Part shown: positions 43,485-53,298 of the stretch, piece by piece
How positions within the stretch are numbered: position 1 is the first letter of the stretch
How the letters are laid out: each line of letters starts with the position of its first letter
Source: Candidatus Saccharimonadales bacterium
Lineage (GTDB): Bacteria > Patescibacteriota > Saccharimonadia > Saccharimonadales > UBA4665
Reading direction: 5' to 3'
Assembly: GCA_035758575.1 (NCBI GenBank)
Contig: DASTXH010000017.1
Coordinates: 22,945 to 86,944, forward strand
Length of the DNA: 64,000 nucleotides
The notes under the pieces: generated by a model
The model's database searches: none
Told to the model about the DNA's origin: nothing
What the model saw: only the letters and a program-made list of their open reading frames with translations
Position numbers and translations under genes: made by a program

Positions 43485-45242
43485 CTATATTCCTCCCTTA
43501 GTTTGCCGTAATAGTGCATCAAGCTGCGCGGCACGTGTCAAAAGCGCCTGTGTCGTTGCCTCATCTGCCGTCTCAAGCTGTGCCGCCAATGCTACTTTTT
43601 GTTGTTTTACGTATTTCTCGATATGCCGTGCTGCTAGCCGTGCCACTTCATACTGAAGTTCGGTCGAGTCGAGGTCTTGGTATAGCTCCTCGTACTGCAA
43701 TCCCAAGATTTTAACATAATCCGCGAGCGGCCGCAACAGATCAATCGCATCCGAAGGCCGGCCGGCAAAATCCGGATGCTCACGCAAGAATAACAACAAT
43801 TGGCGGCTCTCGTCCCTACCCAGCATTTCTAGTTCGATAGGCGCAGCATACGGACGTAGCAACGGCTGCATGAGCAACAGTGTCATAAAGTGTTCTTCGG
43901 CCTTGGCATCCTCCGCCGATTGCTTGTCTATCGGTGGCAGCTCGCGCCGCTGGCGCACGATTTTCGGTGCATCGGCGGGCGTTTTTTCTAGCTTGGCAGT
44001 CAGCGCCTGGCGCGACGTGTCGGTAGCTGCGGCAATTGCTGCCATATAGTGGTCTTGTTCCACCGGATCGCTCAGGCGGCGCACGATAGGCAGCAAAATA
44101 TCGCTATACTCGCGTTTGCCTTGCGCGCTTGTCAGGTCAAGCTGGCGCGCATAACGATCCATCAGCCAGTCAAGTGCGTAGCGATGTTTCGTGATGGTCT
44201 CGTGCCAAACGGCCGGATCGTGGCGGATGAGCTCATCAGGGTCTTTGCCACTAGGGATATCGATGACACTCAAGGACACGCCGATTTTCCCGGCCAGCGG
44301 AATAGCGCGCTCGGTGGCAGCCACTCCTGCGCGGTCGGCATCGAAACACAGCCGGATATCGCCGGTAAAGCGGCTCAGTGCTTTGAGATGCTGCTCGGTT
44401 AATGCAGTGCCTGCTACTGCGATTGTTTGCTTCACCCCAGCCTGGTGGCTGGCAATAACGTCTAGGTTGCCTTCCGTAACTACCACAAACTTGGATTTTC
44501 GGATGCCCTCTTTGGCGTGATGCAGGCCAAACACATGCCGCGATTTGTCGTACAGCACAGTTTGCGGCGTATTGATGTATTTCGGCGCATTTTTGTCATC
44601 GGTCAACAAACGCGCAGTGAAGCCGATAACCCGTCCCTGCGGGTCACACAGCGGCACCATCAGCCGTCCACGAAACATATCCCACAGGCCCGTACGACGC
44701 TGTGATGTTACGCCAGCCTGACGCATTTCATCTGCTGTAAAACCGCGCGTTTTTAGAAAGTCCACTAGCGCCGTACCATTATTTGGCGAGTATCCCAGCC
44801 GCCAAGCCAGCGCCGTCTCTTTGGTAAATTGCCGCTTCTTAAACACATACGCCAGTGCCACCCGGTTATTCGAAAACTGCACCTGGTAAAACTTCGTCGC
44901 TAGCTCCAACAGTTCGTGCAGGCGCTCTTTGTTGGGGCCGCCGCCGCGCGAGTGGGTACGGTATCGATCCAGGTCAACGCCCGCTTTGCGCGCCAGGTGT
45001 TCCAACGCTCCCTTGAAATCCAGTCCCTCCATCTCCATCACAAAACTAAACATATTGCCGCCCTTGCCGCTGCTGAAATCATGCCAGATCTGTTTTTCGG
45101 GGCTTACTACGAAGCTGGGCGTACGTTCGCTGGTAAACGGGCTCAGTCCCTTGAAGTTCCGGCCGGCACGCTTCAACTGGACGTATTCGCTGATAACGTC
45201 TTCGATGCTCAAACGAGCCTTGACTTCCTCAATTCCATCCAT
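43485..45242 (-). CDS. dnaG: DNA primase
   Basis: 585 aa with a zinc-binding-domain homolog lacking the ligands (SPFTSERTPSF...WHDFSSG), a TOPRIM domain (VVVTEGNLDVIA...FDADRAG) and a C-terminal helical domain. Confidence 0.95.
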   Translation of the reverse strand: MDGIEEVKARLSIEDVISEYVQLKRAGRNFKGLSPFTSERTPSFVVSPEKQIWHDFSSGKGGNMFSFVMEMEGLDFKGALEHLARKAGVDLDRYRTHSRGGGPNKERLHELLELATKFYQVQFSNNRVALAYVFKKRQFTKETALAWRLGYSPNNGTALVDFLKTRGFTADEMRQAGVTSQRRTGLWDMFRGRLMVPLCDPQGRVIGFTARLLTDDKNAPKYINTPQTVLYDKSRHVFGLHHAKEGIRKSKFVVVTEGNLDVIASHQAGVKQTIAVAGTALTEQHLKALSRFTGDIRLCFDADRAGVAATERAIPLAGKIGVSLSVIDIPSGKDPDELIRHDPAVWHETITKHRYALDWLMDRYARQLDLTSAQGKREYSDILLPIVRRLSDPVEQDHYMAAIAAATDTSRQALTAKLEKTPADAPKIVRQRRELPPIDKQSAEDAKAEEHFMTLLLMQPLLRPYAAPIELEMLGRDESRQLLLFLREHPDFAGRPSDAIDLLRPLADYVKILGLQYEELYQDLDSTELQYEVARLAARHIEKYVKQQKVALAAQLETADEATTQALLTRAAQLDALLRQTKGGI

Positions 45243-45343
45243 CTACCAGATATTGTACGCTATTCCTCCCCTATTCCCGATGCCTTACATTGCCAAGGCA
45301 GCACTGGCATGGCTAAGGCTCTTGTGGTTAAATACGTACATAT

Positions 45344-46006
45344 ATGCCCCCGACTCAGCAAACACCGAACTATGGGCCAACGATGCCCATCCCGACCGGT
45401 CCGCAAGATACCAGCCAGTTTGATTTCATTATGGGCGGTTCAGGCCAAAAACATGCGCCGACCGCTGGGTTTGGTGGTAGCTCATCGGCCGCGAAACGCG
45501 TTGGGCTGGTAGCAGGCGGCTTTGCTGTCCTTGGCATACTCGTATGGGTGTTCGTCTCGGTACTCATGAAACCAGCGGGCATCGATGCCACCGCCCTGCT
45601 TGCCATTGCGCAAAAGCAAACAGAGCTGGCACGCATATCCCAAACCCCAGCGCTCAATGCCGTGCAACAGCCCACGCAGAACTTCGCCGAGACAACCTAT
45701 CTGACTATGCTGACAAACCAAGCAACATTTGTTGCGTACATTGCGAACCACGGCACGCCCAAGCCAACCAGCAAAACGCTCAGCGCAACAAAAAATACGC
45801 AGACGGACACAAGCCTCCAAAATGCTCAGGCGGCTGGCACCTATGACACTACCTATATAACTACTGCGAAAAACCAACTGACAGCGTACTCACAAGCGCT
45901 CGCGCAAGCCTATGCATCCAGCAAACGCACCAGCGAACGCCAGTTGTTGCAGGACGCATACAACCAGGCACAGCTGCTCGTCACGATGAGCGCGCAGCAA
46001 GAGTAG
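45344..46006 (+). CDS. Membrane-anchored hypothetical protein
   Basis: 220 aa with a Pro/Gly-rich N-terminus, one TM helix (VGLVAGGFAVLGILVWVFVSVLM) and an Ala/Thr/Gln-rich ectodomain. Confidence 0.5.
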   Translation: MPPTQQTPNYGPTMPIPTGPQDTSQFDFIMGGSGQKHAPTAGFGGSSSAAKRVGLVAGGFAVLGILVWVFVSVLMKPAGIDATALLAIAQKQTELARISQTPALNAVQQPTQNFAETTYLTMLTNQATFVAYIANHGTPKPTSKTLSATKNTQTDTSLQNAQAAGTYDTTYITTAKNQLTAYSQALAQAYASSKRTSERQLLQDAYNQAQLLVTMSAQQE

Positions 46007-46016
46007 GCGCCGGCTA

Positions 46017-46373
46017 CTATATCTGTGGTACCGTCGACTCGCCCGTAACCAGCAAGTATGAATGCCTGATAAGATCTTGCACCTCTTCCCAGCCCAATTG
46101 TCCGCTGAGCACAATGGTGTTCCAGTGCTTTTTGTTCAGATGGTAGCCCGGCATCACACTCTCGTAACGTTCCCGCAGCACTTTGGATAGCTGCGGGTCG
46201 CATTTGAGGCTCAGGTTTACCGGCGTCTTCTCTTCGCTCATCAACGCGAACATTTTGTCGCCAACTTTATACACCGCTACGCCCTCTCCAAACGGATATT
46301 CCCGTACTGCATTGGGCATACTCAAAATATACATTTCTACGGTCAGTCTATCGATTACAGCAGCCTCGCTCAT
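46017..46373 (-). CDS. MmcQ/YjbR family DNA-binding protein
   Basis: 118 aa. The pattern ...YPFGEGVAVYKVGDKMFALM...LKCDP...PGYHLNKKHWNTI is typical of the YjbR fold. Confidence 0.75.
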   Translation of the reverse strand: MSEAAVIDRLTVEMYILSMPNAVREYPFGEGVAVYKVGDKMFALMSEEKTPVNLSLKCDPQLSKVLRERYESVMPGYHLNKKHWNTIVLSGQLGWEEVQDLIRHSYLLVTGESTVPQI

Positions 46374-46921
46374 CTGTCATGCTCCTTTAGCCATTGCATG
46401 TAGTATTCCCATTCGGCAATGCTTGCCTGTATATCGTCTGCCGCGCGGTGGGTATCGGCCTTTTTAAACTCTACCCCATATCTACCCTGCATATATATCT
46501 TCAGGGTGCTGACATCGAACATCCGGTAGTGCAGTAATGCCTCTACCTCCGGCCACCACTGTTTGATAAATTTGCGGTCGGAATGGATGGAGTTACCTGC
46601 CAAAACCGCCGGCTCATCACCGAAATGCTGGCGTATAAGCGCCGCCATACCTGCGATTACTTCGCGCTCGGATTTGCCGTGGGTGCGCACCCGCTGCGTC
46701 AGGCCGCTGGCGGCATGCTGGGCTTTTGGCCATTCGTCGGCAGCCTCTAAAATCTCCTCGGTTTGATGAATAACGGCTTCGTAACGCGCAAATTCTTTGA
46801 ACGAAAAATCTGTGACAATTGCCGCCACCTCTACGATGACGTGTTTAGAAGGGTCAAGGCCGGTCATTTCTAGGTCAACCCAAAGCAGTTTGGTTGGCAA
46901 ACGCTGTTTGTCTATATGCAT
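46370..46921 (-). CDS. orn: Oligoribonuclease
   Basis: Start at ATG 46921 (MHIDKQRLPTKLLWVDLEMTGLDP...). DEDDh exonuclease motifs are present. 4-nt overlap with the downstream gene. Confidence 0.9.
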   Translation of the reverse strand: MHIDKQRLPTKLLWVDLEMTGLDPSKHVIVEVAAIVTDFSFKEFARYEAVIHQTEEILEAADEWPKAQHAASGLTQRVRTHGKSEREVIAGMAALIRQHFGDEPAVLAGNSIHSDRKFIKQWWPEVEALLHYRMFDVSTLKIYMQGRYGVEFKKADTHRAADDIQASIAEWEYYMQWLKEHDR

Positions 46922-46985
46922 GGCTTTAGTATACGCTACCGCCGCCCCTGGCGGACAGGGCGGCGGTAGCAGTGCAGTAGGATTG

Positions 46986-47567
46986 CTATTTACGAGCCGC
47001 GGCAAGGGCGTCGCTATACCATTTGGTCTCGTCCAGCATTCGCTTCAGCGCGGCATGTGGGCCGTAGGGATTTTGCTTCATTTCTGCCTGCATCTCCCCC
47101 GTCTCATCTATTGCCTCCGCGGCGCGGCCCAGGAAGAACGTCGCCTGCGGCACGCTTACCGCCAGAACGCCAGGCAGAATACCCCGCAGTTGCGCTACGG
47201 CTTGCGCGCCGCCGGTGCTGCCATGCGCAACGATGGCTACTGGTTTACGGGAAAACTGGAAATCTATATAATCGAGCGCGTTTTTGAGAACCGCCGACGT
47301 CGACCGGTTGTATTCGGGGGTCACCAGCACGTAGGCGTCAGCCTCGGCCAGCTTATCCAACCACTTCTTTACTTCGGGCTTAGGTGTACGGGCCGGATTA
47401 TACTGTGGCGAGATGGCTTCGTCGAAAAACGGCATCGGATACTCTTTCAGGTCAACCACCTCTACGATAGTATCAGCTAAGTTACGTGCCACTGTAGCTA
47501 CCCACGCCGCAATACGGTCGGTTACGCGGTCGTCCCGCGTGCTGCCTACGATTACCTGTAGTTTCAT
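46986..47567 (-). CDS. NAD(P)H-dependent FMN reductase family protein
   Basis: 193 aa with MKLQVIVGSTRDDRV... and a flavodoxin-like fold (YVLVTPEYNRS). Confidence 0.8.
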   Translation of the reverse strand: MKLQVIVGSTRDDRVTDRIAAWVATVARNLADTIVEVVDLKEYPMPFFDEAISPQYNPARTPKPEVKKWLDKLAEADAYVLVTPEYNRSTSAVLKNALDYIDFQFSRKPVAIVAHGSTGGAQAVAQLRGILPGVLAVSVPQATFFLGRAAEAIDETGEMQAEMKQNPYGPHAALKRMLDETKWYSDALAAARK

Positions 47568-47618
47568 ATCTGTTCCTCCTATGGTATACTTTATATATTA
47601 TTAGCCTACATGCATAGC

Positions 47619-47635
47619 TATACTTTGTAAAGTAT
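47619..47635. promoter_or_regulatory. Palindromic operator candidate in the FMN-reductase / hxlR-like divergent spacer
   Basis: ATACTTT-gt-AAAGTAT (47620-47635) overlaps the regulator ATG. A further TATACTTT half-site lies at 47585-47592. Confidence 0.3.
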
Positions 47636-47981
47636 GAACGATACATCCACTTCTCTTGACCTTGAACCCCGCGTGGGTTGTATTGCTGCCGCCATGGAAA
47701 TTATTGGCAGCAAATGGACCGCACTCATCCTGCGTGACCTGGCAAGCGGCCCAAAGCGCTTCTGCTTGCTCGAAAAATCCGTGGGCAACATAAACCCGCG
47801 CACCCTGTCCAAACGTCTGGACGATCTAGAAAACCAAGGAATTATCACCAAAAAAAGCTTTGCCGAGGTGCCACCGCGCATCGAATATACCCTGACCCCC
47901 AAGGGCCAAGACCTTATCCCCATCCTGCAGCAGATGGCTGCCTGGGGCGATAAATACCCCACTGCCGAATCCGACTGCTAG
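47634..47981 (+). CDS. HxlR-family winged-helix transcriptional regulator
   Basis: 115 aa containing CIAAAMEIIGSKWTALILRDL...RFCLLEKSVGNINPRTLSKRLDDLENQGII. Confidence 0.85.
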   Translation: MNDTSTSLDLEPRVGCIAAAMEIIGSKWTALILRDLASGPKRFCLLEKSVGNINPRTLSKRLDDLENQGIITKKSFAEVPPRIEYTLTPKGQDLIPILQQMAAWGDKYPTAESDC

Positions 47982-47986
47982 CGCAT

Positions 47987-48379
47987 CTATTTCTTCTCGA
48001 AACACAGCGCACCGGAATTGATGCAATAGCGGTTGCCGGTAGGCTGGTCGGCTGCATCGTGGAACAAATGGCCTAGATGACCGCCGCAGTTGGTACAAGT
48101 CACCTCGGTGCGTACTTCGGGCAAGCTATGATCTTCTTCCAGTTTTACCGCACCTGCCTGGGCCAGATCATAAAAGCTGGGCCAGCCACTGCCGGAATCA
48201 AATTTGTGTTCACTTTTGAATAATATCGCACCGCAGGCCGCGCATGTATACACGCCATGCTCAGCATTGTGCAGCAATGCGCCAGTAAACGGCGCTTCGG
48301 TATGCTTGTTGCGCAAGATAGCATACTGTTCTGGCGTCAGACGCGCCTTCCACTCCTCATCGCTATGCTGCTTTGCCAT
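47987..48379 (-). CDS. msrB: Peptide-methionine (R)-S-oxide reductase
   Basis: 130 aa with two CxxC zinc motifs and the catalytic region RYCINSGAL. Confidence 0.95.
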   Translation of the reverse strand: MAKQHSDEEWKARLTPEQYAILRNKHTEAPFTGALLHNAEHGVYTCAACGAILFKSEHKFDSGSGWPSFYDLAQAGAVKLEEDHSLPEVRTEVTCTNCGGHLGHLFHDAADQPTGNRYCINSGALCFEKK

Positions 48380-48415
48380 ACCCCCACCTTTCTGCCGGCT
48401 CCCTAGGGCAACCGG

Positions 48416-48880
48416 CTACTTTTGCTTATCGAGCTTATCCAGCTGGAATATACGGATAACAAGATAGATCGCACCGGCAACAACCAGAAAATCCAACAAC
48501 GCGTATGCTAATGCGCCCCAGCCAAAATCGGCATGCCGCCCGTCGAAACTGAGCGTAAAGGTACGTTGGCTCAAAGATTTATTGCCTGGAAATGCCAGCA
48601 AAAATAACGGATCAATAAAGCCGGATATAAACGCCTTTACCACCGTTTGCACTTGCGTACCAAGTACAAAGCCTACTGCCAGGCCCACTATGGCGTGCTC
48701 ACGCAAAAAGTTTACAAAGCCGGTAACCGGCTTGCCCATCACATCATTTACTAGGGTAGCAGCAGATACCGGATCCATCCGTTTTAGCCGGGCGCGGGCT
48801 TCGCGTTTCAGCTCGGCGTCGCTTTTCTTGGACAGCGGTTTGCTGTCGCCATTGTTGGTTTGGGTTGGTTGGTTACTCAT
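48416..48880 (-). CDS. mscL: Large-conductance mechanosensitive channel with ~45-aa N-terminal extension
   Basis: MscL core GFVNFLREHAIVGLAVGFVLGTQVQTVVKAFISGFIDPL plus a second TM helix. A polar basic N-terminal extension precedes it. Confidence 0.85.
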   Translation of the reverse strand: MSNQPTQTNNGDSKPLSKKSDAELKREARARLKRMDPVSAATLVNDVMGKPVTGFVNFLREHAIVGLAVGFVLGTQVQTVVKAFISGFIDPLFLLAFPGNKSLSQRTFTLSFDGRHADFGWGALAYALLDFLVVAGAIYLVIRIFQLDKLDKQK

Positions 48881-48933
48881 ATACTACTCACATTCCATTT
48901 TAGCACCGGCCTACTAGCCGTGTTTTCTAAAAA

Positions 48934-50619
48934 TCACATTGCGTCGGGGGCGGTAATACCCAAGAGGCCCAACCCTTTTTTCAGCGTATCCGCATACAGC
49001 TCAACCAATCGCAGGCGCTGCAGCTGCCGCTCGCTGCCAATCACTCGGTTGTGCTCGTAAAAATGATTGAACACCTGCGCCAATTCGTACAAATAAGTGC
49101 AGATGTAGTGCGGCATATATTCTTCGGTTGCCCGCTCCACCGTTTCAGCAAACTCCGCTACCTTGCGCAACAACAATCGTTCTGCGGGCTGGAACGCCTG
49201 GTCGGGCGTAATAGCCATGTCCATACCCTCAGCTTTTGCAAGGATGCTCCTGGCCCTGGCATGTGCATACTGTAAGTATGGCCCGCTGTTGCCTTCCAAG
49301 GCAATGGATTCTTTAGGATCGTACACAATATCTCCGCCCATGCGGTTCTTTGCCAAAGCATACTTCACTGCCGCCAATACGGTTTCTTCGGATGGATTCG
49401 TGCCGGTTTCGGCACCGGCAACACGCGCTGCCGCCAGGATATCCAGTGCGGATACAATGTTGCCCTTGCGTGAACTCATTTTTACCCCGCCCTGCAGCTT
49501 CACCACACCATGCGTCAGATGTACCGTGTGTTCGGCCGGCTCAGGCGCAAACTGCCTGATACTGGCAATAACTACCTGCATGTACTGTGCCTGCTCGTTG
49601 GCGGTAATGATGATAGACTTGTCGAAGTTGGGATATTCTTTCCACTTAGTCAGACTCAGGCCGACATCTTTGGTTTCATACGTCGGCAGGCCTTCGCTGT
49701 TTATGAACACCCGTGTGTGCAGCCCGAACGGCTCGCCCTCGAACACCACGGCATCACCAGACTTTTTATACACGCCCTTGGCTAGCTGCTCCCGTACCGT
49801 CGCCACACCCAGCAGTGTTACATCACTTTCGGGAATGAAGCGGTCAAACGGCGTCACCTGCAGCTGCGTATACAATGTAGCGAAATAATCATAGCTCCAC
49901 TGACGGCATGTCCAGTATATGTGCGCAAAGGGTGAGGTGTGATCATTATCGGCATGCAGCTGGTACACCCGCTTGTTCACGGCAATAATTTCCTGCTTTG
50001 CCGACTCATTATCTTCGTATGCGTTATTGCCTTCTACGTACCGCGCGCCCAACCACGACGGGCGGTCGGCTTCGGCTATTTGGGTGAGCGCCTCAGGATG
50101 TTCACCGCCCAAATGTTTGACGATTGCCCACATGCTTTTGCCCACATGCAGCCCAACGTCGCCGCCATAATTCAGCCGAACTGTCTTAGCACCAGCGCGT
50201 TCAACCAGGCGGGCAATCATATCCCCCACTAGTGTCGTATACAGGTGGCCTGCATGCAAGGGCTTGAACGGATTGGGATCGGAGTACTCCACCAGTACGG
50301 TTTTGCCCGCAAACGACGCCGCCGGCTCTTCGCTGGCCGCACGCGCCAGCGCCGCGTCCGAAAGCCGGATATTCAAAAAACCCGGGCCGGCCACCGACAC
50401 TTCGCTGGCCGTGTCGCATAACACCGCACGCAACTTGTCGGCAAGCGCATTGGCCACCTCGCGCGGATTTTTGTGCAATGCGCCCGCCAGCCGCATTGCC
50501 ACGTTGGTGGCGTAGTCGCCAAATTGTTCGTCTGGGCGCGTCAGCACAACCGTCTGATCATCAACACCAAATACATCAGCGCACGCGGCTTGCACCGCCA
50601 AGGCGATATCCTGTTTCAT
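48934..50619 (-). CDS. argS: Arginine--tRNA ligase
   Basis: 561 aa with a class I HIGH-type motif (PLHAGHL) and the C-terminal anticodon-binding DALR domain. Confidence 0.95.
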   Translation of the reverse strand: MKQDIALAVQAACADVFGVDDQTVVLTRPDEQFGDYATNVAMRLAGALHKNPREVANALADKLRAVLCDTASEVSVAGPGFLNIRLSDAALARAASEEPAASFAGKTVLVEYSDPNPFKPLHAGHLYTTLVGDMIARLVERAGAKTVRLNYGGDVGLHVGKSMWAIVKHLGGEHPEALTQIAEADRPSWLGARYVEGNNAYEDNESAKQEIIAVNKRVYQLHADNDHTSPFAHIYWTCRQWSYDYFATLYTQLQVTPFDRFIPESDVTLLGVATVREQLAKGVYKKSGDAVVFEGEPFGLHTRVFINSEGLPTYETKDVGLSLTKWKEYPNFDKSIIITANEQAQYMQVVIASIRQFAPEPAEHTVHLTHGVVKLQGGVKMSSRKGNIVSALDILAAARVAGAETGTNPSEETVLAAVKYALAKNRMGGDIVYDPKESIALEGNSGPYLQYAHARARSILAKAEGMDMAITPDQAFQPAERLLLRKVAEFAETVERATEEYMPHYICTYLYELAQVFNHFYEHNRVIGSERQLQRLRLVELYADTLKKGLGLLGITAPDAM

Positions 50620-50663
50620 GCCTTACATTATACAGATATAGCAACAGAGGTGCGACAAAAACC

Positions 50664-51338
50664 CTACTTTCTAGCTCGCAACAATTTGCTTCCCTGCCAC
50701 GCTACTGCATACAGCATACAAAGCAGCACGAAAAACGGCGCCACCACCGCTAATATCGCACCATAGTTCGATGGGTTCATCAGCCGCATCGACACATCAA
50801 ACAGCATACCAGCAGGATCAACCAATAGATCCCACGTATTCCACCGCAGGTCGCGGCCAATATAAATCGCGATACTACAGATAAGGATGATGCCGGCCAC
50901 CGAAAGCGCTGCAAACCGGGATGACAGCCGCTTCTTCAGCTCATGGTGCACGAGATACAGACTGCTCATGCCCAACACCACGCCGGTAGCGATAAACGCC
51001 ATAAACATCACCGCACTAAACAGCAGCTGTGATGAATCGGCAATTTCATTCAAATGGATAAAATCGCTGACCATGTAGAAACTATTTGGCAGGAATGCCA
51101 GCCAAACCACCGTCAGCAGCGTCGGCAGCCACTCCGACCAAGCATGATGGCGCACATAGCGCACCAGTCCCAGCGCCAACACAAACGGTACCCAGGCAAG
51201 AAACAGGTTCCACGCCATATACCAGGGAATATTTACGTGGTATAGCGCCGCATCGGCGCCCAAAAGCGCACAACTCACCACAGTTGCCGCCAGCAACGAT
51301 GCTATGTACTGCGTTCCCGGTGCCACCTGTATGCGCAT
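50664..51338 (-). CDS. Polytopic membrane protein (DUF1361-like)
   Basis: Start taken at ATG 51338 (MRIQVAPG...). About 6 TM helices. Motif WNLFLAWVPF. The ORF-track extension overlaps the upstream gene. Confidence 0.55.
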   Translation of the reverse strand: MRIQVAPGTQYIASLLAATVVSCALLGADAALYHVNIPWYMAWNLFLAWVPFVLALGLVRYVRHHAWSEWLPTLLTVVWLAFLPNSFYMVSDFIHLNEIADSSQLLFSAVMFMAFIATGVVLGMSSLYLVHHELKKRLSSRFAALSVAGIILICSIAIYIGRDLRWNTWDLLVDPAGMLFDVSMRLMNPSNYGAILAVVAPFFVLLCMLYAVAWQGSKLLRARK

Positions 51339-51373
51339 CTTGGATTCTATTATAGCAACAAGCCGCGTCTCAA

Positions 51374-51826
51374 CTACGCCGACAGTGGCTCGCCACGTTC
51401 TATAGCGCGCTGCTCGGGCGTTTCGTGCGGCCGCGCGTAATCGTCTTCCAGTCGCCAAGTAGTGCCTTTTTCGGGCGTCGATACCTCAATGATGTCGCAG
51501 CCGCCCTTCAGCCCCTTCAGCCGGTGTTTCTGCCCTACTTTTGTGCTGTAGCCGACACCCGGTTGCAGTTCGGTTTCTACCAGCTGGCCCAGGCTACCTT
51601 CCCAGATAACCGATCCCTTACCGCCGATGATAAACCAGCTCTCTTGCTTTTCGTCGTGTACCTGCAGGCTCAGCCGACAGCCTTCGTTGATATGTAGAAG
51701 TTTACCTATATACGGCGCATCGGCGGGCACCCAATGCAGCTCATAACCCCACGGCTTTTCCACCCGCTTAACATAGGAATCCGTACTAAAAGAACTAACG
51801 TCAAAGGCCGGCACTTGGTCGGACAT
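51374..51826 (-). CDS. Cupin-domain protein (type II phosphomannose-isomerase-like)
   Basis: 150 aa. WGYELHW...GKLLHINEGCRLSLQVHDEKQESWFII is a cupin metal-site pattern. Confidence 0.7.
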   Translation of the reverse strand: MSDQVPAFDVSSFSTDSYVKRVEKPWGYELHWVPADAPYIGKLLHINEGCRLSLQVHDEKQESWFIIGGKGSVIWEGSLGQLVETELQPGVGYSTKVGQKHRLKGLKGGCDIIEVSTPEKGTTWRLEDDYARPHETPEQRAIERGEPLSA

Positions 51827-51840
51827 GGTCTTCTCCTTGT

Positions 51841-52875
51841 TTATGCGTCCAGGGCTTTTTTGAACTTCTCTACCAGCTCCACCGGCGCCGGGTTCAAGCC
51901 GTTCAAAAGCGCCAGGTAGATAGTCACAAAATCACCGAACAGCACACACCATAGCAGGTGTTCAAGCACCGTAGTGCCCTCGGCAGTAACCACAATAGGA
52001 CTCGGGCGCATGCCGGATAGTAGCCGCTCGGTTACCACGAACCGTTTTTGTACTCGCTCATGCTCAAAACTGCTGCGTAGTTCTACCACCGCATACGGCT
52101 TGTCTACGGGTTGCTTGCTCCAGCCGATGAACTCGTTGTGGTTGAGCTCAGGATACTGGTTTGCCCAGGCGATGTGCTTGGCGTTTTCGTTGCAGCTGAT
52201 CTTCCACTTGTACGCCGCCGGGTACATATTTGGCCCGCCGTACACCACCACCGACTTCCCTACCAGCTCCTGCGCGATCTGTTTGGCGGGGTTGCTGGCG
52301 GTTGGCACATCAGGTCGCCAGGCGTGCACTGCAGTGTTCAAAAACTGCGCAGTCGAGGCCATAATCGGTCGGTAATCTTCATGCAATACGCCAGCAGCCT
52401 CCAATACTTGTAGTAAGGCGCGGAAGTTGTACAGCACCGCGTAGCGCGGTTGTTCGGCCTTGGGCAGCTGTGCAAACAAATAGCCTCTCTCCTCGGCAAT
52501 TTGCTGCAGCTTGCCCCCGCCGGCAATCACGGCAATTTGCGCACCCTTGGCCTCAGCCTCGGCAATAGCACCGATTGTCTCTTCGGTGTTACCCGAATAG
52601 CTGGCAGCGATGAATAGCGTTCGTTCACTTACGTATGCAGGAATAGAATAATTGCGCACCACCTCAAATGGCAGCATCAGGTGCGGCCAAGTATGCAGCA
52701 GCAGTGCGGCCAAGGCGGATCCACCCATGGCGCCATATACAACGTTTTGAATGTCGCGGAATTCACTTGAGCCAGTCAGCGCAAATTCGTGCACTAGCTG
52801 CTCGCCCTCTTTTTCGGCAATGCCCAAAGCGTCTTGTTGGTCTAATTCGTGGATCTTCTTCAAATCGTCAAGCAT
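51841..52875 (-). CDS. Bifunctional phosphoglucose/phosphomannose isomerase (SIS domain)
   Basis: Start at ATG 52875 with GGAGG Shine-Dalgarno. SIS motif (FIAASYSGNTEET). Confidence 0.8.
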   Translation of the reverse strand: MLDDLKKIHELDQQDALGIAEKEGEQLVHEFALTGSSEFRDIQNVVYGAMGGSALAALLLHTWPHLMLPFEVVRNYSIPAYVSERTLFIAASYSGNTEETIGAIAEAEAKGAQIAVIAGGGKLQQIAEERGYLFAQLPKAEQPRYAVLYNFRALLQVLEAAGVLHEDYRPIMASTAQFLNTAVHAWRPDVPTASNPAKQIAQELVGKSVVVYGGPNMYPAAYKWKISCNENAKHIAWANQYPELNHNEFIGWSKQPVDKPYAVVELRSSFEHERVQKRFVVTERLLSGMRPSPIVVTAEGTTVLEHLLWCVLFGDFVTIYLALLNGLNPAPVELVEKFKKALDA

Positions 52876-52933
52876 AGTTCCTCCGTACGCACATTGTACG
52901 CCATTTCGCTTGAGCAGCATAAGCAACATCTAA

Positions 52934-53164
52934 TTATTGCGCATGCCCTTGCAATTCTTCATATCTCGTACAATCAGATGGAATATCTGCAAGTATACTG
53001 TTCACCTCTTGTTTTAGGCTGTCGTCAGCAGGATATCTGACCAGCAGTGCTTCCTTCAAAAGGATACGGGACAGCGCCGTGCAGTACGCCGCGTTATAGC
53101 AGCTCCCGCCAGCATACGAACACGCAACATCATTACCAGAATTAAACTCGTTGTGTCTTTTCAT
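52934..53164 (-). CDS. Small Cys-containing hypothetical protein
   Basis: 76-aa ORF 5 nt upstream of the isomerase ORF-track end. No motif. Weak call. Confidence 0.3.
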   Translation of the reverse strand: MKRHNEFNSGNDVACSYAGGSCYNAAYCTALSRILLKEALLVRYPADDSLKQEVNSILADIPSDCTRYEELQGHAQ

Positions 53165-53298
53165 CTTTTATATTTACCAGCTGTACTTGTCTACGTCATT
53201 GACACTGCGCACACAGCTGACATCCAGAAGGAGTACTTGCATTTAGCGGGGTTTTCTCTATAGTAGTACGCAAAGACATAAGTGTTTTAGGGGGTAAC

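Noticed and set aside
46922-47005. ORF-track N-terminal extensions of several genes: orn (to 47005), the DUF1361-like gene (to 51458), the isomerase (to 52929), the 32290 gene (to 32943), the kinase-like 40686 gene (to 41411) and the PfkB kinase (TTG at 15918).
   Set aside because: Each extension overlaps the neighbouring gene or lacks a ribosome-binding site. The internal ATG gives the family-typical N-terminus or has a Shine-Dalgarno (for example GGAGG before 52875).
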